Positions 7,676 through 16,306 of a stretch of 64,000 nt of DNA are shown here, in pieces. The number at the start of each line of letters is the position of its first letter. Position 1 is the first letter of the stretch. The position numbers and the translations under genes were made by a program. The stretch covers positions 62,001 to 126,000 of IMG/VR virus record IMGVR_UViG_3300042515_001753; one strand, written 5' to 3'. The notes beneath the pieces were generated by a model that was given only the letters and a program-made list of their open reading frames with translations, was not told where the DNA came from and searched no databases.

Positions 7676-8821
7676 TCAGAAAGGAAGGTCAATGTCAATC
7701 TCCCTACCACCCCCAATAGTCAGTTCAAGAGTTTCAGAAGGCATTACAAAATCAGCATCAATCTTATCATACAGTTCCAAGAAGGCAGTTTTGGTTTCAT
7801 CATCAAAACGATTGATACAAACCTGAATTGCCTTTGCCTTATCACCAAAGATGCTGTAGGCACGGACGATATGAACCAGTCGGCGGGTGGAGATGATTTC
7901 CTCAATACCACCATCATAGAAGGTCTTACGGATTACATCACCCCAATCTGCCAATCGCTTGCAGAAATCATCAATCTCGGTAAGACCCAGAGATGCTGCG
8001 ATGCCCTGAAGGATGCGAATCTCAGTAGCAGCAGCAGGATATGGTTGCTCAAAGGTCACGCAGAACCGCTCTAGGAACGCTTCGTTGAGCACGTTGGTGC
8101 CGATGAACCTACCGTCCTCAGAACCCTTTCCTTTGGTGTTTGCGGTGGCAATCACGTTGAATCCGGGAGCGGGTTTGACGAACCGTCCGATTTTTTTCAG
8201 GAAGACACCCTTACCTTCAAGAATAGATTGAAGGCACAGGATTTTATTGGAAGCAAGGTCAACCTCATCCAAAAGCAATACGGCACCACGCTCAAGTGCC
8301 TCAATCACGGGTCCGTTGTGCCAAGCAGTTTCACCATTCACAAGTCGGAAACCACCAATCAAATCATCCTCATCAGTCTCAATCGTAATATTCACACGAA
8401 TCAGTTCTCGCTTCAGTTGAGCACACGCTTGCTCCACACTGAACGTTTTACCATTACCCGAAAGACCCGTAATGAATGTAGGATAAAAAAGACGAGACTG
8501 AAGAATTTTTTTAACGTCAGCAAAACTACCAAACTTGACGAAGGTATCATCTTTATCGGGAATAAGGTTTTGGTGATGTTCGGGAAGAACTGCAACATTT
8601 TGGAAAGAACGCTCAATCTCTTCTACACGCTCTTGAGTCACTTCAAGGTTCCATTTGCCACGAGAAGTTTTGTATTGTGAGAGTTTATTACTTACGGTTT
8701 GGTAGTTGAGCGAACGAGAGGCACAGAAACCCCTGAGGTCGCCAGAAGTAATTTCAGTACCATAGAGTTCTTTGATTGCTTCAATTAGTTGGGCGTCATT
8801 CACGGCAGTTTTGCGGGACAT
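7676..8821 (-). CDS. cobS: CobS-like / MoxR-family AAA+ ATPase
   Basis: Walker A GLSGNGKT, Walker B LLLDEVD, ATANTKGKG, NEAFLERF, ISTRRL. Confidence 0.9.
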   Translation of the reverse strand: MSRKTAVNDAQLIEAIKELYGTEITSGDLRGFCASRSLNYQTVSNKLSQYKTSRGKWNLEVTQERVEEIERSFQNVAVLPEHHQNLIPDKDDTFVKFGSFADVKKILQSRLFYPTFITGLSGNGKTFSVEQACAQLKRELIRVNITIETDEDDLIGGFRLVNGETAWHNGPVIEALERGAVLLLDEVDLASNKILCLQSILEGKGVFLKKIGRFVKPAPGFNVIATANTKGKGSEDGRFIGTNVLNEAFLERFCVTFEQPYPAAATEIRILQGIAASLGLTEIDDFCKRLADWGDVIRKTFYDGGIEEIISTRRLVHIVRAYSIFGDKAKAIQVCINRFDDETKTAFLELYDKIDADFVMPSETLELTIGGGREIDIDLPF

Positions 8822-8854
8822 AATGTAGTTAGGTGGTTTTGTTTAACTGAAGTA

Positions 8855-8912
8855 ATTATACAACAAAAAAGAGGGTCGTGGGACCCCCTATGGACGGTTT
8901 TAAGATTGGACC
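8855..8912 (-). promoter_or_regulatory. early promoter cassette: dyad motif, terminator hairpin and -10 TATAAT upstream of cobS
   Basis: Plus strand TGGACGGTT-TTAA-GATTGGACC; TATAAT at 8855-8860; no consensus -35. Confidence 0.65.
8865..8888 (-). terminator. intrinsic terminator
   Basis: GGGGGTC-CCAC-GACCCTC followed by T6. Confidence 0.8.
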
Positions 8913-9094
8913 TGCTGGTTTCGCAGTTTATCTATGTACTCAAGACTCGCACAGTGACCCCTATAACCAGGATAATATTCATTCACCATAGCAGGAATAC
9001 CCATAGCAGTAATCGCACTGTCACACTTCACCCAAACTTCTTTGGTTTCGTGATTTACAACGTGTTCTAATCTCAATTTGTTAGTCTTCTTCAT
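8900..9094 (-). CDS. hypothetical protein (about 64 aa)
   Basis: Likely start MKKTNKLRLEHVVNHETKEVWVKCDS; overlaps the end of the upstream gene. Confidence 0.6.
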   Translation of the reverse strand: MKKTNKLRLEHVVNHETKEVWVKCDSAITAMGIPAMVNEYYPGYRGHCASLEYIDKLRNQQVQS

Positions 9095-9641
9095 AAGTAA
9101 ATGTTTTGTTTTTGACTTTTGTATCAAACTCACCAGTTCTTCCTGGTTTCATTTTTCCAACTCCAACATTCTTACCTTTACCAGGCCAAGATGTTTTGGA
9201 TGTTCCTTTCAGTGTAGCAGATCCTCCTGGTTTGCGTTGAATCAGAACGGAGTCCTGATCATCCTTTGATGACCCTGATTTTACATTCTTTTTGTGCTTA
9301 AGTCCAGCCTCTGTGCCCAGTTTCTCAACTGTCCTCTTAAAGATTTTCTTACCCATTTTACCAGAAGAAACTACGTGAGATTTTTCACCCACTTTTTTCT
9401 CATCTGGAGTTCCTGGGTTTTCAGTATATCTTCCGGATACTTTTGTTGGACCTGGAAGACCGGCACCTCTAATTCTTCTTTCGGTTCTTGAAGACCTTGC
9501 TTTGTTTTCTGCTTTTGATTTGTCACCTCGCTGCCCAGAAAGAATTGCCATTCCACCCTTTTCAGACTTACTCATTACGCGAGTAAGAGAAGTCTCTTGG
9601 ATAGAATAGCATTCTACCATAAATTCCTGAAAGGTCTTCAT
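9081..9641 (-). CDS. putative internal head protein with T4-type capsid targeting sequence; basic, Gly/Lys-rich
   Basis: Start MKTFQEFMVE (T4 CTS is MKTYQEFIAE); late promoter TAAATA at 9662-9667. Confidence 0.7.
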   Translation of the reverse strand: MKTFQEFMVECYSIQETSLTRVMSKSEKGGMAILSGQRGDKSKAENKARSSRTERRIRGAGLPGPTKVSGRYTENPGTPDEKKVGEKSHVVSSGKMGKKIFKRTVEKLGTEAGLKHKKNVKSGSSKDDQDSVLIQRKPGGSATLKGTSKTSWPGKGKNVGVGKMKPGRTGEFDTKVKNKTFTYEED

Positions 9642-9661
9642 TTTTATAAGCACTTTTTGAG

Positions 9662-9667
9662 TATTTA
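9662..9667 (-). promoter_or_regulatory. T4-type late promoter core TAAATA
   Basis: CTAAATAC about 20 nt upstream of the ATG at 9641. Confidence 0.6.
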
Positions 9668-9668
9668 G

Positions 9669-11840
9669 TTAAGCAACCAATTCAATAAACTCACCAAGAA
9701 TCTTCTTATTCATTTTTTTAGAACTCAAAGACTTGACAAAAGCAGATTTAATTTGTGCCTTTGAGGCATCTTCGGCAACCTTGAACTCACTATCACTATT
9801 GAGAGCAGAGGAAGAAATACCAAAGTAAGTATGATAACCAGAAGTAGTAAGGGCAAAACTGCGCTCTTTCTTCCAGCGTGTCATTACTTTGTGATATTCA
9901 TCTCCAATATATCCGGTATAATTCCGAATAAAATGCCCGGCATCACGACTATCAAGAATACGCATTCCAATAAAATTCACGCTGGGAAACTTGTCACGGA
10001 GATTTCTGAGAAGAAGGTCCGTAAAAGATGTATTGTTATTCCAAGTATTTTCAGAAAACTTATAAACATTTCCAGTCTTACGGTCACGAAGGTAGGAATT
10101 ATCTTGAATGTAATGAGTTCCTAGAAAACTTTCCTTTTCCCAGTGTCGTTTGATTTCCCGATAATACTTCAGAGGAGCTGCTTCACCATCAGTCAGAATT
10201 ACACACTGGACTTTCTGAAGTTTATGTTCTTTCTGAAAATGTGGAAGAATTTGATGTAAGGCAACAAGTGACTCATTCAGTGGAGTTCCGGAAAGAGTTA
10301 GTTTATGGGGAGCAGAATACTTACAATTACCATAATTGGAGCGGTCATACTGTTTGGCAACCCGATAGATATTCTTGAGTTGAGTATCAAGAACCGAACT
10401 TTTTACCTTGCTGGTAAATAGGTTCAGAAGACCAAATGTATAATCAACCACGAGTTCATTCTCTTTACGAACGGTATGTTCTTTAGGAGTGATTACTTTA
10501 CCATCGGCATCATATGAAGACCTATAGTTCCAATCATTTGTAAAGGCATAAACCTCAAAAGGAATATTAACCTTATTGCAGAACCAAATAAGATTATAAA
10601 GTTGCTTGACAGTATCCATAAGAACGCTACTCATAGACCCAGACCAGTCCAGAATAAAAACCAGACCGTGATTTTTACCGGTGGCAAATGTGGTTACTTT
10701 CTTGAACAAATCCTCCTGATACTTATAGGTATGAAGTTTCGTACAGTCCAGAACACCAGTCTTAGAAACTGATGCACGGGCATAGGAGTCTGCTGCCTTA
10801 CGACACTCAAACTCTTTCACTAGATAATTGACTTCCTTTTGTGCCGAACGCTTGAAATCTACATAATCGGCATCTACTGCGGTAAAGATTCCACTATCTT
10901 CGTGAATATAGATTTGATTATTCCAAGTTTCTTTACAATAATCGTGAATAATTTGATTAGAAATAATCGCAGAATCTAGATTCAATTTAGGAACTTCAAT
11001 ATAATTAGTTTCTTGAATGTTGTTATTCACTAGTTCCTTAAGGTTTTCCTCAAGAGAACTCATAGTCTTCACCTCCGGTTCAGAGTGTTCCCCACCAGTT
11101 TGTTGAGTATTTTGGTCCTCAAATTTTTCACCTTGAGTTTGTTGTTCAGACCCAGAGGTTTGTTGCTTATCGCCATCACCTTCACCATCCTCTTCGGGAG
11201 AAAGTTCTTGCTGTTCTTCAGATTGGTCTCCCGCACCAGAACCAGAAGACTTTTCGTGATTATCAAGACTGGGGAGTTTGGTAGGTTCTTCTTGCTTTTG
11301 CTTACAGTAATCATAAAGAACCTTGGCAGCATCCAGAGTTTCATCAAAGGTTTCTGCCTTACCAATCATATCAACAATTTCTTGCTCCTTATTGGTAAAT
11401 TCAAGAGTCAAGAAATTACCAACCTTGAAGTAAAGATTTGCACGGTCGGCAAGATTATGTGTTGAAAGGTCATCATCACCAATCTGAAAGAAATCTTCTT
11501 CCTGAAGTTCCCGATAGGCACCATAGAAGGTCTTTGCCAATCCGGCATAACGGCGTTTGATGAGTTTCTCTACACGAGCATCCTCACATACATTCACAAA
11601 CTGCTGAGGAACCTGAACTTGCTCACTCCAGTCCTCATCAGGCGTATAAAGTGAATGGGATACCTCGTGGGCAACCAACATATCATAGACACAATTACTT
11701 GCCTTCTGCCACATAGGAAGCGTCAGAACCCGTGTATGAACATTAAAGCAGGCAGTCTCAACCTTCTTGTGTTCCACAATCAGGTCTTCCGTTGCCAGAA
11801 GACGGGCGAGCATACCTTTTACTTCAAAATTTACGGTCAT
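9669..11840 (-). CDS. CobT-like vWA-domain protein with N-terminal HEXXH metallopeptidase
   Basis: AHEVSHSLYT (HEXXH), NVCEDARVE, acidic linker, MIDAS LDWSGSMS, LSGTPLNE and ILTDGE. Confidence 0.85.
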   Translation of the reverse strand: MTVNFEVKGMLARLLATEDLIVEHKKVETACFNVHTRVLTLPMWQKASNCVYDMLVAHEVSHSLYTPDEDWSEQVQVPQQFVNVCEDARVEKLIKRRYAGLAKTFYGAYRELQEEDFFQIGDDDLSTHNLADRANLYFKVGNFLTLEFTNKEQEIVDMIGKAETFDETLDAAKVLYDYCKQKQEEPTKLPSLDNHEKSSGSGAGDQSEEQQELSPEEDGEGDGDKQQTSGSEQQTQGEKFEDQNTQQTGGEHSEPEVKTMSSLEENLKELVNNNIQETNYIEVPKLNLDSAIISNQIIHDYCKETWNNQIYIHEDSGIFTAVDADYVDFKRSAQKEVNYLVKEFECRKAADSYARASVSKTGVLDCTKLHTYKYQEDLFKKVTTFATGKNHGLVFILDWSGSMSSVLMDTVKQLYNLIWFCNKVNIPFEVYAFTNDWNYRSSYDADGKVITPKEHTVRKENELVVDYTFGLLNLFTSKVKSSVLDTQLKNIYRVAKQYDRSNYGNCKYSAPHKLTLSGTPLNESLVALHQILPHFQKEHKLQKVQCVILTDGEAAPLKYYREIKRHWEKESFLGTHYIQDNSYLRDRKTGNVYKFSENTWNNNTSFTDLLLRNLRDKFPSVNFIGMRILDSRDAGHFIRNYTGYIGDEYHKVMTRWKKERSFALTTSGYHTYFGISSSALNSDSEFKVAEDASKAQIKSAFVKSLSSKKMNKKILGEFIELVA

Positions 11841-11865
11841 CGGAGTTCGTTTGTCTTATGAACCT

Positions 11866-11922
11866 ATTATACAAAAAAAGAGGGTCTTGAGGACCCTCTG
11901 TGTGCCAGTTTTGGAAGTGGTT
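11866..11922 (-). promoter_or_regulatory. early promoter cassette: dyad motif, terminator hairpin and -10 TATAAT upstream of the vWA gene
   Basis: Plus strand TGTGCCAGTT-TTGG-AAGTGG; TATAAT at 11866-11871; same spacing as the cobS cassette. Confidence 0.7.
11873..11898 (-). terminator. intrinsic terminator
   Basis: GAGGGTC-CTCAA-GACCCTC followed by T7. Confidence 0.85.
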
Positions 11923-11927
11923 TTTTA

Positions 11928-12482
11928 TTAGTTATGCTTTGGAGATTTGCCAATCTCATCAAATCTTTTTCTTTCAGTCTCTCTTGTAATGGCACTTACA
12001 ATTTTAGCAGACCTTTTCTTCTTTCCTTCATCACCAGTAGCAATTCCAGAGCGAGCAAGTTCCCCCGCCTTACGATACATTTTTGTTTGGGGAAGTTCTT
12101 TCTTCTCTTCGTCCAAAATACTCTGCTTCCACTCTTCACTCATATTTGCCATAATGACCAGAGCACTCTCATTAGTGTCGGCATAACCTTCGGAAACTAG
12201 GTGCTCAAGAATGGTGTCAAAAAGGTCTGTTTCCACTTCTTCAGGACGATATCCACCACTTGTTGCTGTTGGAGTTCCTCTTCCTTTACCAGCAGGAGCA
12301 ACAATCTTAGAAACTACTTTTCCAACGGGATTTGTTTTCATAAAATTAGCACCTTTCTCAAGAGCACCTTTTACAGCATCTTGAACATTCTCATCAAGTT
12401 CTTCTACTTCTTCTACAACTTCTTGAGGTTGATGAACCTGTAAATAAGCTTCATAAAGTTCTCTAACTTCTTGTTCTCTCAT
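11928..12482 (-). CDS. late hypothetical protein, probable head-packaged protein
   Basis: TATAAATA at 12502-12509 upstream; ELYEAYLQV N-terminus and DLFDTILEHLVSEGYADT..SALVIMANMSEEW module, both recurrent in cyanophage late proteins. Confidence 0.7.
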   Translation of the reverse strand: MREQEVRELYEAYLQVHQPQEVVEEVEELDENVQDAVKGALEKGANFMKTNPVGKVVSKIVAPAGKGRGTPTATSGGYRPEEVETDLFDTILEHLVSEGYADTNESALVIMANMSEEWKQSILDEEKKELPQTKMYRKAGELARSGIATGDEGKKKRSAKIVSAITRETERKRFDEIGKSPKHN

Positions 12483-12501
12483 TTTTCCAAAACTTTCTAA
12501 T

Positions 12502-12509
12502 TATTTATA
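12502..12509 (-). promoter_or_regulatory. late promoter TATAAATA
   Basis: Exact T4 late consensus. Confidence 0.75.
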
Positions 12510-12639
12510 AAAAAAAACACTCCGAAGAGTGCTTTTTCTTAAAGGCTTTGAGTCGTGCCTTTGCCTGTCGGAGTGCCTGCGGTTTGAGTCTCCGCTTCTG
12601 CTCCTTGCGTGAATGGTGTTGCCAGTTTGGAAGTTTCAT
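12505..12639 (-). CDS. small basic hypothetical peptide (44 aa)
   Basis: Not in the ORF track. MKLPNWQHHSRKEQKRRLKPQALRQAKARLKAFKKKHSSECFFL; own upstream promoter and a terminator inside its 3' end. Confidence 0.7.
   Translation of the reverse strand: MKLPNWQHHSRKEQKRRLKPQALRQAKARLKAFKKKHSSECFFL
12509..12531 (-). terminator. intrinsic terminator with UUCG loop
   Basis: CACTC-TTCG-GAGTG followed by T9. Confidence 0.85.
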
Positions 12640-12660
12640 TTTCCCTTTGCTTATGAGAAC

Positions 12661-12712
12661 ACAATACTATCTATAATCACGGAAGTCAAGAGGTCCAGTT
12701 GGGAAAGTGTCC
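12661..12712 (-). promoter_or_regulatory. sigma70-type promoter TTGACT-N17-TATTGT with upstream dyad motif
   Basis: -35 at 12684-12689, -10 at 12661-12666; plus strand GGTCCAGTT-GGGA-AAGTGTCC at 12692-12712. Confidence 0.6.
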
Positions 12713-14427
12713 TATACCTCACTTTTATATGAGAATCCATTTTTTTTCTCAAACTTAATCACACTATTAAATTTGTCCTCAAGTCCAGTCTTATGTGAAA
12801 TTACAAATACATTAGTATCCTTAATCACATAACGAATAATCTTAAGGAACTCATCAGTACCAAATCCATCAAGAGAACCATCAAACACCTCATCAAACAA
12901 AAGGATATTACAATTTGCAGAGTTCTTAACTCTTGCAATTTCTCTCCAAGCAAATACTAGAGCAAGATTAATTTTTGCCTTCTCACCCTCACTAAAAGAA
13001 CTATAAGAAAAGTTCTCGTGAATGGGTGACTTGATGCTCTCATTAAATTCTTCATCAAGATGGAAATTAATATAAAAATCCATCATCTGTAAGTAACGAT
13101 TCACCTGCTGATTTATGAACGGGAGATACTTTTTAATAATCTTCGTTTTTACACCATCATCCTTGAGTAAGGAATAGGCAAAATCATAATGAACGATTTC
13201 TTCTTTTTTATCCGAAAGGTCATCAAATGTTTTTTGAAGATTGTCTCTAAACTCTTCTAACTTCTCATTTTCAGTATTTCTATTTTTAAGTTGTTCGGTA
13301 ATAGTTTGAACTTCAGATTCAAGGTTTCGGATTTGTCTCTGACTGAGTGAAATCCGAGTATTGTTTTGAGAAATCTCATGGTTGAGTTTCGTAATCTCCT
13401 TTGATAGTGCTAGAAATTGACGCTCTCGTTCTTGTTCAAACTTCATAGTCTCCTCAAGTTCCTGAAAACCTTTCTGGAGTTCCTTTGCTTTATTTTGAGC
13501 GTCTGTAATTCTATTTAACCGAAACTCTTCCTCAATAGTTTGAGTACAAGTAGGGCATACCGTATTTTCACTAAAGAACTTGTGCTCTTTAGTAATCGTA
13601 GATACTTTCTGAGAGATTTTACCCTTAAGATTATTAAGTTTTCCTAACTTCTCTGCGGCACCAATAACTTCTTCTTGCTCTTTCGTATATTTGAAAATGT
13701 CTTCTTCGGTCTTGGCATTCTCGGTCATATAAGTACCAACTTCAGCATCTAAATCGGAAATTTTCCGTTTATTGGCATTTATATTGGCATTACCACGATT
13801 CTCAAGTTCCTCAATAAAACTCTTCTGCATTTCAACCTTGTCCTTAAGGTTTTGCTTCTTCAACTCAAGAGATTTTATTTCGTCCTTTTTAGTACGAATC
13901 TTTTCTTTGATAATAGTGTTCATCGTAGAGAATATCCGAATATCCAATAAGTCCTCAATTACCTCACGACGATTGGCAGTCGTAAGTTGCATAAAAGGCA
14001 CAAAGGTACTGGAACCCAGAATCACGATTTGGGTGAAAGATTTATAATTGACCTTTAGAATATTTTCTTCTAGTAATTTCTGATTAATACGGTCATCAGA
14101 TTCCTTATGAAGTTGTTTTCCATTTACTTCAATATCAAAGACATTTGGTTTGATTCCACGACGAACCAAATAATCACGACTATTGACAGAAAACTCAATC
14201 TCAACTAAACAATCCTTTTCGTTTGTTTGATTGATTAATTGAGGTTTGTTGATTTTGCGAAATGGTTTATTGAATAATACAAAAGTAAGAGCATCAAGTA
14301 CAGTTGATTTTCCTGCACCATTCGTTCCAATAATTAAGTTTGTATGATTCTTTTGGAAATCAATTTCTGTAAAATGCTGTCCGGTAGAAAGAAAGTTTTT
14401 CCATCGAATTTTTTTAAAGGTTATCAT
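12712..14427 (-). CDS. gp46: recombination endonuclease ATPase subunit (SbcC/Rad50-like)
   Basis: GTNGAGKST, coiled coils, zinc hook CPTC, FSEGEK signature, LLFDEVFDGSLD. Confidence 0.97.
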   Translation of the reverse strand: MITFKKIRWKNFLSTGQHFTEIDFQKNHTNLIIGTNGAGKSTVLDALTFVLFNKPFRKINKPQLINQTNEKDCLVEIEFSVNSRDYLVRRGIKPNVFDIEVNGKQLHKESDDRINQKLLEENILKVNYKSFTQIVILGSSTFVPFMQLTTANRREVIEDLLDIRIFSTMNTIIKEKIRTKKDEIKSLELKKQNLKDKVEMQKSFIEELENRGNANINANKRKISDLDAEVGTYMTENAKTEEDIFKYTKEQEEVIGAAEKLGKLNNLKGKISQKVSTITKEHKFFSENTVCPTCTQTIEEEFRLNRITDAQNKAKELQKGFQELEETMKFEQERERQFLALSKEITKLNHEISQNNTRISLSQRQIRNLESEVQTITEQLKNRNTENEKLEEFRDNLQKTFDDLSDKKEEIVHYDFAYSLLKDDGVKTKIIKKYLPFINQQVNRYLQMMDFYINFHLDEEFNESIKSPIHENFSYSSFSEGEKAKINLALVFAWREIARVKNSANCNILLFDEVFDGSLDGFGTDEFLKIIRYVIKDTNVFVISHKTGLEDKFNSVIKFEKKNGFSYKSEV

Positions 14428-14686
14428 TTTTAGGAGGAATTACAATATCATTAGTAGTAATTACGGCATACTTGTAGTTGTTATGCTTACAAGTCTTTAT
14501 GGCAAGTTCATCATCAACTTCCACGATTTCCATTTCTTTTTCGTAGTCTTCATCATACTCAAGCATCATAGCATACCGAGTGGCATCATCCTCTTCTTCA
14601 AATAAGAATAAAACCTTTTCTCCATATTGGTCTTGAACGGCATATGCCCCATCATCTTTACGACCCTTAAGAGTGAGAAGAAACAT
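14414..14686 (-). CDS. DUF3110-like hypothetical protein
   Basis: Likely start MFLLTLKG; VLFLFEEEDDATRYAMMLE resembles the cyanobacterial DUF3110 pattern VL.FE.EDDA.RYA.LLE. Confidence 0.55.
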   Translation of the reverse strand: MFLLTLKGRKDDGAYAVQDQYGEKVLFLFEEEDDATRYAMMLEYDEDYEKEMEIVEVDDELAIKTCKHNNYKYAVITTNDIVIPPKNDNL

Positions 14687-14687
14687 T

Positions 14688-15728
14688 TTACTCCACTTCG
14701 CAAGCTTGTTTATAGAGGTCTTGGAATATACCTTTGATAGTACTCTTATCAAAGTCACATTCGGATTCATCAATATAACGATTCAGAATTGAAATTGTAT
14801 TCTCTTCTTCGTCAATTACAAAGTTTTCATTTTCCTGAATCTCAAAGTTTTCAACAATCTTCAGGTCTTGAATGCCAATCTTATAGAGTTTGTCAATAAA
14901 CTTCTCAAAATCTTTTTGCTTAGATTTCTTACGGACGATTACTTTGACAATCTTATTAGAATACTCAGAGGCATCAAAAGTCTGATGTGGAGTATCTTCA
15001 TAATAAATGTTATAGAATAATTTATAAGGATTATTGATTGGAGTATGTTCTAGAGTTTCGGTATCAAAGATATGAAATCCCCGAGTGTCATTTACATCCG
15101 TCCAATACATTTCATAAGGATTACCGAGATAGAACACAGTTCCATTATCAGAACGAGTGTGGTAATGACCAGAAAATACCTTTGTGAAGTTTGAAAAAAG
15201 ATTTGCTTCCAGTCCATGCTCCTCCATTACAAGATGTTTATTGACCCGAAACCCTTTGAGTTCAAGGTGCCCCATCGCAATCTTTGCCTTTGACTTCCGA
15301 ATAACTTTTAGAGTTTCATCATAGTTCTCACTACAAATCCAAGGAATAAAAGTCATATCAATTCCACCAACCTTCGTATTCGTTGGAGAACTATATGTCT
15401 TTATGTTTGGATAATCTTTGAGAAGTAGTTCTGGAGCATTAATTTCAGTAGAATTACGAAGAAAAATATCGTGATTACCCACAATCATATGGACTTGGTA
15501 CTTTCTAAGAGGTTCTAGCACTACTTTTTTAGTCCAATCAAGACCCCAGAAATCAATACTTTTACGATTATCAAAGGCATCGCCCATATGAATGACCGTC
15601 TCTACCCCGTGTTCTTCTAGAGCAGGGAAGAAAACATTATCGTAAAATAATTGAAAATAGTCGTGAAGATTTCTTGAAGCTTTTCTGGCGCTCCAGTGGG
15701 TGTCCGTTAAAATTGCAATACGGGTCAT
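14688..15728 (-). CDS. gp47: recombination endonuclease nuclease subunit (SbcD/Mre11-like)
   Basis: Metallophosphoesterase motifs ILTDTH, HMGDAFDNR, IVGNHD, MGHLE, FSGHYH. Confidence 0.97.
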   Translation of the reverse strand: MTRIAILTDTHWSARKASRNLHDYFQLFYDNVFFPALEEHGVETVIHMGDAFDNRKSIDFWGLDWTKKVVLEPLRKYQVHMIVGNHDIFLRNSTEINAPELLLKDYPNIKTYSSPTNTKVGGIDMTFIPWICSENYDETLKVIRKSKAKIAMGHLELKGFRVNKHLVMEEHGLEANLFSNFTKVFSGHYHTRSDNGTVFYLGNPYEMYWTDVNDTRGFHIFDTETLEHTPINNPYKLFYNIYYEDTPHQTFDASEYSNKIVKVIVRKKSKQKDFEKFIDKLYKIGIQDLKIVENFEIQENENFVIDEEENTISILNRYIDESECDFDKSTIKGIFQDLYKQACEVE

Positions 15729-16246
15729 CGGTTTCCGTTTTTGTATTGAATAGCGTCTTTCATACTATTGTACTCTGAATTGTTCCCAGAAAGCAAGCCG
15801 TCATCAATTGTCATAACCTCATCATATCCGGTTCGTTCAATAATTTTATTTTTAATCTCCAATTGCTTCTTTTCTTTCTGAATTCTTCTCAGAAAGGCAT
15901 AATGAATAATTTGGGTAAAATAAGCAAAGGGATTCTGAGACCTTTCTGGATTGAAATTGTGAATGTACTGAACACAATTCTCTATTCCATCGGAGCACAT
16001 ATCCTCACGGAACATATAATTTACGAAATTAGGTTTATATGAAAGGTGAGTGGCAATCTTCAAGAAGCATTCTCCAATATAATCTGGAATTCTAGGTTTT
16101 CCTTCCCATGCACCAGACTTAGGAGGATACTTATCATACTTCTCAAAATACTTCTGTGCTGCCTTATCTACTTTAGTTCTATAAACAATAAGAGATTCTA
16201 ATAACTCTTTATTGTTCACATAATGTTCTGATTTCTTTTTAGGCAT
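15725..16246 (-). CDS. gp55: late transcription sigma factor
   Basis: HYVNNKELL...IGECFLKIATHLSYKPNFVNYMFREDM.SDGIENC.QYIHNF.PERS.NPFAYFTQII.YAFLRRIQKEKKQ. Confidence 0.97.
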   Translation of the reverse strand: MPKKKSEHYVNNKELLESLIVYRTKVDKAAQKYFEKYDKYPPKSGAWEGKPRIPDYIGECFLKIATHLSYKPNFVNYMFREDMCSDGIENCVQYIHNFNPERSQNPFAYFTQIIHYAFLRRIQKEKKQLEIKNKIIERTGYDEVMTIDDGLLSGNNSEYNSMKDAIQYKNGNR

Positions 16247-16276
16247 AGCATCGGACTTTTAGTATAAGTTGTAATT

Positions 16277-16306
16277 ATTATAGCACATACTGCAAGGGCT
16301 TGACAA
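16277..16306 (-). promoter_or_regulatory. sigma70-type promoter of gp55 (extended -10 TGC-TATAAT)
   Basis: Minus strand TTGTCA-N18-TATAAT with TG at the extended position. Confidence 0.65.

Noticed and set aside
7676-8821. cobS as a cobalamin-biosynthesis auxiliary metabolic gene
   Set aside because: The sequence shows only a generic MoxR-type AAA+ domain; no CobN or other cob genes are present, and the partner carries a peptidase motif.
16090-16180. Extra segment (AAQKYFEKYDKYPPKSGAWEG) in gp55
   Set aside because: It lies in a region I recall as length-variable among cyanophage gp55 proteins, and no function can be supported from the sequence.
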